Made by a program: the position numbers and the translations under genes
Shown here: positions 50,421-57,789 of the stretch, piece by piece
Position numbering within the stretch: the stretch's first letter is position 1
How the letters are laid out: each line of letters begins with the position of its first letter
The notes under the pieces: model-generated
What the model was told of the DNA's origin: nothing
Database searches by the model: none
The model's input: the letters and a program-made list of their open reading frames with translations, nothing else
From: a bacterium
GTDB lineage: Bacteria > Patescibacteriota > Minisyncoccia > UBA6257 > GWB1-50-10
Assembly (NCBI GenBank): GCA_030647415.1
Contig: JAUSKB010000016.1
Span: 1-59,843 of the forward strand
DNA: 59,843 bases
Reading direction: 5' to 3'

Positions 50421-50519
50421 AACGAGTTTGCCGTGGTCGCGGCGGACATCCACCCAGCCCTCGAGCGTTATGGTCTGACCTTCGTGCGCGGTGATGTCTT
50501 TCGCGAGGGTGCGTTCCAT
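50421..50519 (-). pseudogene. orphan copy of the aspS 5' end
   Basis: Encodes MERTLAKDITAHEGQTITLEGWVDVRRDHGKLV, compared with aspS MKRTLTKDIGAHESEQVTLEGWVDVRRDHGKLV. The 89-bp DNA match is 50431-50519 against 49840-49928. Confidence 0.85.
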
Positions 50520-50583
50520 ATACAAACACATACTACCACGGCGTCGCCGAATGTAAAAAAGGGTCAGGAGCCTCGGATTCACA

Positions 50584-50618
50584 AGGCGAGACCTTAAAAG
50601 AATCCCAAGGTCTCGCCT
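50584..50618. repeat. hairpin family B, copy B4
   Basis: aggcgagacctt-aaaagaatccc-aaggtctcgcct, downstream of the 50644 stop. Confidence 0.85.
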
Positions 50619-50643
50619 CGGGGAACCGGGTTCCTAATCTTTC

Positions 50644-51522
50644 TTAACGCGCGGTGAAAACCTGCAACCCCAACCCGCCCAACCGCACCTCAATTGTCCC
50701 CCGCTCGTCCGTGCGAAAAATGGCGGCGCCCGCGGCGCGGAGCCGCGCGAGCGTTTCGGACGTCGGGTGGCCGTAGCTATTCTTCCCGACTTCAATGACG
50801 GCGACCGCGGGGCGGAGCGCGCGGAGAAACTCTTCTGATGAGGAAAACTTCGACCCGTGGTGGCCGACTTTCAGAATATCCACGGGACTTACGCCCGCGC
50901 GGACGAGTGTCCGCTCGACCGGCGCCCCAGCGTCGCCGGTGAAGAGGGCGGAAACGCCGCCGCTCTCGACGCGCGCGACGAGCGTCGTATCGTTCAGGTC
51001 ATCCGAGCGAAGCAGGTCTGGCGTCGGCGAAAGTATGCGAACCGTACCGCCGCTCGTCCGAATACGGTCGCCCGCTCCGAGCTCGACCATACGGATGCCA
51101 CGCTCCTCGATGACCCGGATGAGCTCGCGGTACGCATCGGTATCCCGCGACCGCCCCGAAGAGAGGAAGGCGCCGACATCATACTGCCGGAGTACCTCGA
51201 TAAGCCCGCCAAAGTGGTCCTCTTGCGGATGGGTCATGAGCACCAGGTCGATATAGCGGTCGGTCGGGGCGAGCGCGCGTCCCAGTTCCCGGAGCACCGC
51301 GCCGGTCGGCGGCCCGCCGTCAATGAGGAGCTGTACGCCGCCGGCCTGCCCGCCTCCGGCGGGGAATTCCACGAGTTCGCTATCCCCCTGCCCCACGTCG
51401 AGAAAGAGAAATCTCGTTTCGGCGGATGACGCAAGCACTCCCCGCCACACAACGATATCGAGCGCGAGGAGGGCGAGCGCGAGTATGAGGATTTTTTCTT
51501 TATGTTTCTCAAGTATGCGCAT
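50644..51522 (-). CDS. ComEC-type metallo-beta-lactamase domain protein (separate ORF)
   Basis: FLDVGQGDSELVEF, LVLMTHPQEDHFGGL, KVGHHGS. It overlaps the upstream comEC channel ORF by 14 nt. Confidence 0.85.
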   Translation of the reverse strand: MRILEKHKEKILILALALLALDIVVWRGVLASSAETRFLFLDVGQGDSELVEFPAGGGQAGGVQLLIDGGPPTGAVLRELGRALAPTDRYIDLVLMTHPQEDHFGGLIEVLRQYDVGAFLSSGRSRDTDAYRELIRVIEERGIRMVELGAGDRIRTSGGTVRILSPTPDLLRSDDLNDTTLVARVESGGVSALFTGDAGAPVERTLVRAGVSPVDILKVGHHGSKFSSSEEFLRALRPAVAVIEVGKNSYGHPTSETLARLRAAGAAIFRTDERGTIEVRLGGLGLQVFTAR

Positions 51523-53098
51523 TTTTGAGATGGGTTCTCGTCATCCAGACCACGAATCCGATAAGCACGGCATAGTACGCGAACGCGCCAGCCCACGAAA
51601 TGGCGGGGGCGACGGGCACGGAAATCAAGCTGAATAGCCGGATAACGCCCAACTCATACTGCGTGAGCGCCCATGCGACGAGACCGACGACTTGCGCAAG
51701 GAGAATCGACGCGGCACCGACTGCGGCGGTTAAGAACCCCACACCCATTGTAATCGGCACCGCGGCAAGGATGAGCAGGTTCGCCGCGAGCGAGGTCACA
51801 GACACCATCCCAAACTGCGCAATCAAGATGGGTGCAACCGCGAGCTGGGCTGCGGCAGTCGTGGATAGTGTGGTACGCCAGTCGAGGAAACCTTTGTTCC
51901 CCCGGGACGCCGTAAATCGCCGGAGCACGGGCTCAAGGTAGACGATGCCGAGAAGGGCGACGAAGGAGAGCTGGAACCCCACGTCGAACGCGAGCACCTT
52001 CGGGTTCACGAGAACCATCGCGAGGCCGGCGAGGACGACGGCCTGCCGAACGTCGAAGAGTCGTCCAGTCTCCTTCGCGGCGAGGGCGAGTGACCCCATG
52101 ATTGCGGCTCGAACCACCGATGCCTCCGCCCCTGCCATACACACAAACCCGAGTATCACCGCAAGCGTGACGAGGAACGCTGCTCGACGCCGTCGAGATA
52201 TGAGCCAGAGCGCCGCACCCATGACCGCCTCGCCAAGAATGGTGATGTTATACCCGGAGAGCGCGACAAGGTGCGTCGTGCCGGAGCGCTGCATGGAGTT
52301 CTTTAGCTCATCCGAAAACGCACCGCGCTCCCCCACCGTGAGGCCGGAGAGAAACGAGGCGTCCTCCGCCGGCAGGACGCGCGCGAAGACGCCGGTCACC
52401 GCATGCTTCAGGGAGAAGAGCGCGGACTGAATCGGCGAGCCCTGCCCACGCGCGACGACGGTAACCGTCGGCCGGTTCATCACGCCCGACACACGCTCCT
52501 TCGCAAGGTACCGGGCGTACCCCTCGGGCTCCGGTTGCTTCACGACGCCGGCGAGTGAAACCTCGTCCCCGTACCGGACCGCCGGGTACGGCGGGAGGTT
52601 CGCGATGACCCGCCCGACCGGACGCCAGCCCGACAAAGCCGTTCTGGCGGGGTCGTTCGGGCGGGCCCGCCCTGCTGCGGCTCCGTGAGCTGGCGGATCG
52701 AGCCGGATGAATGCTGAACGGTACCCATCCCGAAGCACCGGATCATTCACCACAACGCCGCGCAACGTCTGGGTTCCCAGTGACACCGCAGAGGCACGGA
52801 ATCGCATGTCGTCGAAGTGGTAGTACACCGACCCCGCGATGATGAGCGGCGCGAGCGCCGCAAGCACAAAGCACCGGCGTCGCATCGCGCCCCAAGGCGA
52901 GACCTCAAGAATCCCCGAGGTCTCGCCTTGGGGCGCGAGTACTGAAATGAAACGTGGCGCAAAGAATCCAACAATAAGCAACACCGCGGCGAGCGCGGCG
53001 ACTATAAGAAGCACCTGATAGGTCAACCCAAGACTCGCGAGGAGGACCCCGAGGAGGAATGTGAGCGCTCCGTAGAACAGCACGCTCGGTGCAGGCAC
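51509..53098 (-). CDS. comEC: DNA internalisation competence protein ComEC/Rec2, channel part
   Basis: N-terminal OB/DUF4131-like region and a polytopic competence domain (...SGTTHLVALSGYNITIL...). It contains in-frame hairpin B5. Confidence 0.85.
   Translation of the reverse strand: MPAPSVLFYGALTFLLGVLLASLGLTYQVLLIVAALAAVLLIVGFFAPRFISVLAPQGETSGILEVSPWGAMRRRCFVLAALAPLIIAGSVYYHFDDMRFRASAVSLGTQTLRGVVVNDPVLRDGYRSAFIRLDPPAHGAAAGRARPNDPARTALSGWRPVGRVIANLPPYPAVRYGDEVSLAGVVKQPEPEGYARYLAKERVSGVMNRPTVTVVARGQGSPIQSALFSLKHAVTGVFARVLPAEDASFLSGLTVGERGAFSDELKNSMQRSGTTHLVALSGYNITILGEAVMGAALWLISRRRRAAFLVTLAVILGFVCMAGAEASVVRAAIMGSLALAAKETGRLFDVRQAVVLAGLAMVLVNPKVLAFDVGFQLSFVALLGIVYLEPVLRRFTASRGNKGFLDWRTTLSTTAAAQLAVAPILIAQFGMVSVTSLAANLLILAAVPITMGVGFLTAAVGAASILLAQVVGLVAWALTQYELGVIRLFSLISVPVAPAISWAGAFAYYAVLIGFVVWMTRTHLKNAHT
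52892..52931. repeat. hairpin family B, copy B5 (in-frame inside comEC)
   Basis: ccaaggcgagacctc-aagaatcccc-gaggtctcgccttgg, a 15-bp perfect stem translated as QGETSGILEVSPW. Confidence 0.88.
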
Positions 53099-53160
53099 TA
53101 TTTAGTTATAGCACAACTATATCTCCGAACGGATCCAGATTAATCGCGCAACAACTTTAC

Positions 53161-53475
53161 TTATTTGTTTGCTACAAGTCTGTGGAGCTTGCGAGATAAT
53201 ATACATGCCGCCAACTCGGGAATAACACTCATCATAAGTTGCTTTGTTTCATCGTCAAAATTGTCCCAATAATCAACAATCTTATCCAACTCTGCGGGTT
53301 TCTGCCATATTTCTCCACTCTCATTGCTGTATTTTTTTTCAATCAAACAGAAAATTCGGTGGGCAACAACCACCACGTCTTCATGAATCCCATCGACGGA
53401 AATGAATTCTCTTACCACCCCCTCCGCCCTATTGGATCCCTCCGGCCCGGGCTGGTAGCCAGGTTCGCTTTTCAT
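53161..53475 (-). CDS. hypothetical protein
   Basis: 104-aa ORF, AT-richer than its neighbours. No family was recognised. Confidence 0.4.
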   Translation of the reverse strand: MKSEPGYQPGPEGSNRAEGVVREFISVDGIHEDVVVVAHRIFCLIEKKYSNESGEIWQKPAELDKIVDYWDNFDDETKQLMMSVIPELAACILSRKLHRLVANK

Positions 53476-53547
53476 ATCCCCATCCTACCCCCCCCGCAGG
53501 GGCGTCAAGCCCGCACGGCGGGTTGTCCACAACTATGCAGCACATGA

Positions 53548-53886
53548 TTATTGCGACGAAAAGGCGCGTGCCGCGAGGGCGAACTGGTCAAAGTACTTCT
53601 GGATTCCCGCGAGCGAGCTCCCGTACAAGCGTCCCCCGTACACGGCATCGCAGAACACCTCGCGCGCACGGGCAATCTCCCACCGCCTTCCCGCCCACCG
53701 AGGGTCCGCGAGCGTCAAGTCAAAGAGATCGAGCGCGCGGTCGACGGCGCCACGGAAACGCGCCTCGTCCCGCTCCTGCCACCGGGCGGCGCGGGAAACC
53801 TCGCTGCCGATATTCCCCAGTTGGGATTTGAGCGAGAGCGCATACCACGCGCCGCCCGCGAGTTCAGCGTGTAACGGGCGCATCAT
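53548..53886 (-). CDS. hypothetical helical protein, downstream partner of a 2-gene module
   Basis: 112 aa. The start overlaps the upstream stop (ATGA at 53883-53886). No family was recognised. Confidence 0.5.
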   Translation of the reverse strand: MMRPLHAELAGGAWYALSLKSQLGNIGSEVSRAARWQERDEARFRGAVDRALDLFDLTLADPRWAGRRWEIARAREVFCDAVYGGRLYGSSLAGIQKYFDQFALAARAFSSQ

Positions 53887-54230
53887 GAAAGAATGAGTCG
53901 CTCGATGACCGCGAGAATCTTCCCGCGAATTTCAGCGTTCTCAACACCTCGGGACCGGTTACCGAGCGAGGGCTTCAAGTTAATCATGGAATCGAACTCA
54001 ACCCAATCCTCCTCCTGCTGGGGATACAGGTTTATTCCCCAGGTGTCTTCCCGCACCGACCCCGCCTCCTCGGTCAGCAACACCTCTTCGTCCGCGTGGA
54101 GCTCGCCGCCGACTGCCATGATGCCCTGCCGCACGTCTACGACCACTTTCACCACATCACCGAACTCTTCGGAGGCAATTTCTGCAAGCTCCGATCGTGT
54201 GATGGGTGTTCGAATGATTCGAATGGCCAT
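53883..54230 (-). CDS. small conserved protein (recalls the DUF5674-type sequence pattern)
   Basis: MAIRIIRTPITRSELAEIA...GGELHADEE...TWGINLYP...FDSMINLKPSLGNRSRGVENAEIR. The family assignment is from memory and needs an HMM check. Confidence 0.5.
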   Translation of the reverse strand: MAIRIIRTPITRSELAEIASEEFGDVVKVVVDVRQGIMAVGGELHADEEVLLTEEAGSVREDTWGINLYPQQEEDWVEFDSMINLKPSLGNRSRGVENAEIRGKILAVIERLILS

Positions 54231-54409
54231 TGCGATACAAGTGTAGCTTGAATCTACTCATATCGCCACCGCGCTGGGTACCGCTACACAATCACCCCCC
54301 TACCGTCGCTCGTATTCACTCGCTCCCACAACACCCCCGGTTTTGTGTCCGCTTCACTCATTCCAACTCGGTCCGACCTAGGTCGAACCGATCCCCTTTA
54401 GCGGCGTGG

Positions 54410-55783
54410 TCATGTGATAATGCCCCCGCCGAGCATTTCCCCGTCCTCGGAATACCAGACCGCGGACTGGCCGGGGGCGATGAATTTGACAGGAGCAGTA
54501 AAAAGTAAGCAGTAATTGTCCCGACTTTGTCGTGGACTCACGACTCTGTCGGAGGTAATAGGTAATGAACTCCCAGTTACCTCTTGCGTATTACTTATTA
54601 CCAGCTCTCCCCTCACCAACGGCTGCCGGTACCGCACCCGGGCGAGGACGGACATGCTAACATTCTGCAGAATGTTAGCATGTTGCAGCGTGTCATTGCC
54701 ATCGCTTGGCAAATCCGTCATTCTAACATTCTTAAGAATGTTAGAATGACTTCCGTTGATAAAATTTACATTTGCAAGCGTCACCTCCGTGCGGAAGAGC
54801 GCGGGATTGTCAGTGCCCTCGGCGACCATGACGACATTCTTCTCCACATCGATTGCCGAGATGTAGTATGGCGGCGTTTCTGCGTTTCCTTTTTCTTTTG
54901 TCTTTTTTCCTAAGTTGAGCCCATGCCGCTGCCCGATGGTGTACAGATGCGTGCCGCGGTGCTCCCCTACTTTAGTACCATTAGTCGCAATGACGTCCCC
55001 CGGACGGTCAGGGATGTGCCTCGCGACGAAGTCGGCGAGCGCGACGTCGCCCAGGAAGCAGATGCCCTGCGAGTCTTTTTTGTCTGCCGTAGGCAGACCA
55101 GCTTTCCGCGCGATGTCCCGTACTTCGGATTTCAGGAGGTCGCCGACAGGGAAGAGCGCGTGCGCGAGCTGTTTCTGCGTGAGCGTCCACAGGAAATAGC
55201 TCTGATCTTTGTTCTTATCCTTCGCCTCAAATAACGAAAAAGAGGGTGCGGCACCGCGCTTTTGTGAGGGGTAAGACTTGGGCGTCGCCCCGGAGACACC
55301 CCGAACGGAAGCGCGGTGCCGCACCCGTGCATAATGCCCCGTCGCCACATACTCCGCCCCGAGCGAGAGCGCCTTTTCCATGAACAGCCCGAACTTTATT
55401 TCGCGATTACAGACCACGTCCGGATTCGGCGTGATGCCGCGCCGGTACCCGTCAATGAGGTACTCCACCACACGCTGCCGGTACTCCTCCTCGAAGTCGA
55501 ACACGTAGAACGGGATGCCGAGGTGGTTCGCGACGCGCCGCGCGTCCTCCGCGTCTTTTTCCGATGGGCACTCGCCAGCCACGCCGAGCTCGTCAAGCCG
55601 CGCCTGGCTCCAGCACTTTAAGTACACCCCCGTCACGTCGTAGCCCCTAAACCCCTCCGGGGTCGGGCGACCAAACAATTTTTCGAAATTGTTTGGTGTA
55701 GCCCGCTTGAGCAACAACGCCGCAACGGAGCTATCTACCCCGCCCGACATACCTACGAACACTTTTTGTCGTTTGATTGACAT
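54410..55783 (-). CDS. mnmA: tRNA 2-thiouridine(34) synthase MnmA, about 95 aa longer than usual
   Basis: PP-loop VFVGMSGGVDSSVAALLL, DKNKDQSYFLW, and the C-terminal FIAPGQSAVWY. The extra length maps to palindromic DNA inserts. Confidence 0.9.
   Translation of the reverse strand: MSIKRQKVFVGMSGGVDSSVAALLLKRATPNNFEKLFGRPTPEGFRGYDVTGVYLKCWSQARLDELGVAGECPSEKDAEDARRVANHLGIPFYVFDFEEEYRQRVVEYLIDGYRRGITPNPDVVCNREIKFGLFMEKALSLGAEYVATGHYARVRHRASVRGVSGATPKSYPSQKRGAAPSFSLFEAKDKNKDQSYFLWTLTQKQLAHALFPVGDLLKSEVRDIARKAGLPTADKKDSQGICFLGDVALADFVARHIPDRPGDVIATNGTKVGEHRGTHLYTIGQRHGLNLGKKTKEKGNAETPPYYISAIDVEKNVVMVAEGTDNPALFRTEVTLANVNFINGSHSNILKNVRMTDLPSDGNDTLQHANILQNVSMSVLARVRYRQPLVRGELVISNTQEVTGSSLPITSDRVVSPRQSRDNYCLLFTAPVKFIAPGQSAVWYSEDGEMLGGGIIT
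54497..54602. repeat. word-type (taat/ggta) palindromic insert inside mnmA
   Basis: agtaaaaagtaagcagtaattg ... ggtaataggtaatgaactcccagttacctcttgcgtattacttattacc. The same vocabulary occurs in intergenic spacers at 6437-6522, 29172-29272 and 38810-38886. Confidence 0.7.
54654..54749. repeat. two perfect AT-rich palindromes inside mnmA (28 bp and 32 bp)
   Basis: atgctaacattctgcagaatgttagcat (54654-54681) and tcattctaacattcttaagaatgttagaatga (54718-54749). The 96-bp block equals 32 codons. Confidence 0.9.
55243..55325. repeat. GC-rich inverted-repeat insert inside mnmA
   Basis: Perfect 18-bp arms gggtgcggcaccgcgctt / aagcgcggtgccgcaccc, separated by 47 nt. Confidence 0.85.
55670..55697. repeat. 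12-bp-stem hairpin insert inside mnmA
   Basis: accaaacaattt-ttcg-aaattgtttggt; translated as TPNNFEKLFG between the PP-loop and the next conserved block. Confidence 0.8.
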
Positions 55784-55832
55784 GATGTATGTTTAGTAGT
55801 AATACGATACTAGGTTCATTTCACAACCACAA

Positions 55833-56222
55833 ATGGAGATTTTTATGAGAAACCATGGCTTTACCCTGGCCGCTGTACTGGGCTTCGTCCTGCTTGTCGT
55901 CACGCTCGTCTGGAGGATCGTAGGAACAGGCCCATCGCCAGTCGAGATCTTTGCGGGCGCCATCGTCAGCCCCACGCTGATCTGCATCGGTCTCGCGGGT
56001 GGCGGCATCGTGCCGACCCCCAGAGTGCGGACATGGATGTTCATTATGCTCATGGTGGCAGGTCTGGGTATCATTGGGCTGGCGACGGCGGTAAGGGTCG
56101 GGTATCCCGCCGGGATGCACGAGCGGGAGATTGCTGACCTTCTGGCACTACTCGGCGCGAGCTTTATAATCACCGCATTGACGACCGTGGCGGTCGCAAA
56201 AACGCCCGCCCAAAAACAGTGA
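55833..56222 (+). CDS. small four-helix membrane protein (hypothetical)
   Basis: 129 aa with four hydrophobic helices. Preferred over the overlapping minus-strand ORF 55793..56413. Confidence 0.45.
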   Translation: MEIFMRNHGFTLAAVLGFVLLVVTLVWRIVGTGPSPVEIFAGAIVSPTLICIGLAGGGIVPTPRVRTWMFIMLMVAGLGIIGLATAVRVGYPAGMHEREIADLLALLGASFIITALTTVAVAKTPAQKQ

Positions 56223-56306
56223 GAAGCAGCGCGCCATCCGTCAATCGACGGAGGCACGCTTCGTTTTTTCGCATGCACCTTTTGTACCGATTCAGAGCGC
56301 CGACGT

Positions 56307-56348
56307 CGAATATACCATAATCGACGGCCGTCGATTATGGTATATTCG
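56307..56348. repeat. 42-bp perfect palindrome between convergent genes
   Basis: cgaatataccataatcgacgg|ccgtcgattatggtatattcg. Confidence 0.9.
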
Positions 56349-56433
56349 GTGAATAGCCAGATTGTACGCTGGAAAAAGAGGGAGCTACTGTGAGGTGCGG
56401 CCTTCCTTCGCACGAGCCTGCCGACAAGCGGAG

Positions 56434-57789
56434 CTACGGGCGGGCGCGGAGCAGGTCGAAGACGCGGTACGCCTCCCCTGCCCCCATCGTGATGACCACA
56501 TCCTTCGGACGGAGCGAACGGCGAAGTTCGCTAGCGATTTTTTTGAAACTTCCAACGTACGAAGCATCGGTCTGTACAGCCATTGCAACGGCAAGGTCAC
56601 GCGCATGCACTGTGCCGTCGTCCCGCTCCCGTGCCGCGTAGATATCTGCGAGGAGCACGTGGTCGGCATCGTTGAAGGCGGTCGCGAACTCACTCATGAG
56701 GAGTTTCGTCCGTGAGTAGAGGTGGGGCTGGAAAACGACCCAGATGCGCCGACGGGAACCAAAGTGTTCCCGCGCGGCCTTGAGCGCCGCGCGAATCTCC
56801 GTCGGGTGATGGGAGTAGTCGTCGTAGAAGCGGACGCTGTTCCAAGTTCCCTTGTACTCGAACCGGCGACCGACACCACGAAATGAACGAAGCGACTTTC
56901 GGATTATGGTGTCCGGGATGCCGAGAAATTTCCCGACCGCATACGCCGCCTGCGCGTTCCGGATATTGTGGTCGCCAATAACATTTAAATCTTTCAATCT
57001 TGGTGACTTTGAATAGTCCACGACCTTCGACCCGCGGATGACTTCGCGAATGTGCGGCGCCTTCGGGTCACAAATTACCGCCCCATTTCTCCCGAGTTTC
57101 GCCACAAACTCACGGAAGGCGCGTTTGATGTTCCCGATGTTCTTGTAGTAATCGAGGTGGTCGTTGTCGATGTTGGTGATGACAATGACGCTCGGGTGGA
57201 TATCGAGGAAGGACTTTTTGTACTCGCACGCCTCAGCGACGAGGTAAGGCCCTGTACCGCCAATAAAATTAGTCGCCATCCCGTTAGAAGCCACCCTGCC
57301 CGCAACACGGCTACGGCTGCCACGGGGCGGCCTGCTTCTAACGGGACTCATCATGCCGCCGACGATGACGGTGGGATCGAGTTTCGCATCTCGCAGGAGC
57401 TTCCCTACCATCGCCGTCGTGGTCGTCTTCCCGTGCGCACCTGCAACCGCGATGGTGAACTTCTCGCGCGAAATGATGCCGAGCATCTCGGCGTAAGAAA
57501 GACATGGGATTCTCTTTTGGCGTGCGGCAACAAGCTCGGGATTCGTGTCCGACACCGCCTTCGTGTACACCACCAAGTCCGGCTTCCCAATATCGGACAT
57601 CCGATGTCCGACATGGACGCGGATTCCCTCGCGGATGAGCGCGTCTGTTATGGACGACCGACCGGAGTCCGACCCGGTCACCCGCTTCCCCATGCGTGCG
57701 AGCATCCGTGCGATGGCGGATACCCCCACGCCACCAATGCCGACGCAGTGCACGCTTCGGACCTCCTCAAGTTTTATCCGCTTTAGCAT
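56434..57789 (-). CDS. murC: UDP-N-acetylmuramate--L-alanine ligase with an in-frame palindromic insert
   Basis: VHCVGIGGVGVSAIARMLARMGKRVTGSD, GAHGKTTTT, EACEYKKSF, DDYSHHPTE. The insert is ...SPVRSRPPRGSRSRVAGRVASNG.... Confidence 0.93.
   Translation of the reverse strand: MLKRIKLEEVRSVHCVGIGGVGVSAIARMLARMGKRVTGSDSGRSSITDALIREGIRVHVGHRMSDIGKPDLVVYTKAVSDTNPELVAARQKRIPCLSYAEMLGIISREKFTIAVAGAHGKTTTTAMVGKLLRDAKLDPTVIVGGMMSPVRSRPPRGSRSRVAGRVASNGMATNFIGGTGPYLVAEACEYKKSFLDIHPSVIVITNIDNDHLDYYKNIGNIKRAFREFVAKLGRNGAVICDPKAPHIREVIRGSKVVDYSKSPRLKDLNVIGDHNIRNAQAAYAVGKFLGIPDTIIRKSLRSFRGVGRRFEYKGTWNSVRFYDDYSHHPTEIRAALKAAREHFGSRRRIWVVFQPHLYSRTKLLMSEFATAFNDADHVLLADIYAARERDDGTVHARDLAVAMAVQTDASYVGSFKKIASELRRSLRPKDVVITMGAGEAYRVFDLLRARP
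57279..57346. repeat. F4-type arms flanking a GC-rich centre, inside murC
   Basis: Perfect 13-bp arms tcccgttagaagc / gcttctaacggga (compare the F4 copy 2 arm tcatcccgttagaaattta). Confidence 0.85.

Noticed and set aside
55793-56413. 206-aa minus-strand ORF.
   Set aside because: It overlaps the more protein-like plus-strand membrane ORF 55833..56222 and has an irregular, low-complexity composition. Neither is certain, so only the plus-strand ORF is reported, at low confidence.
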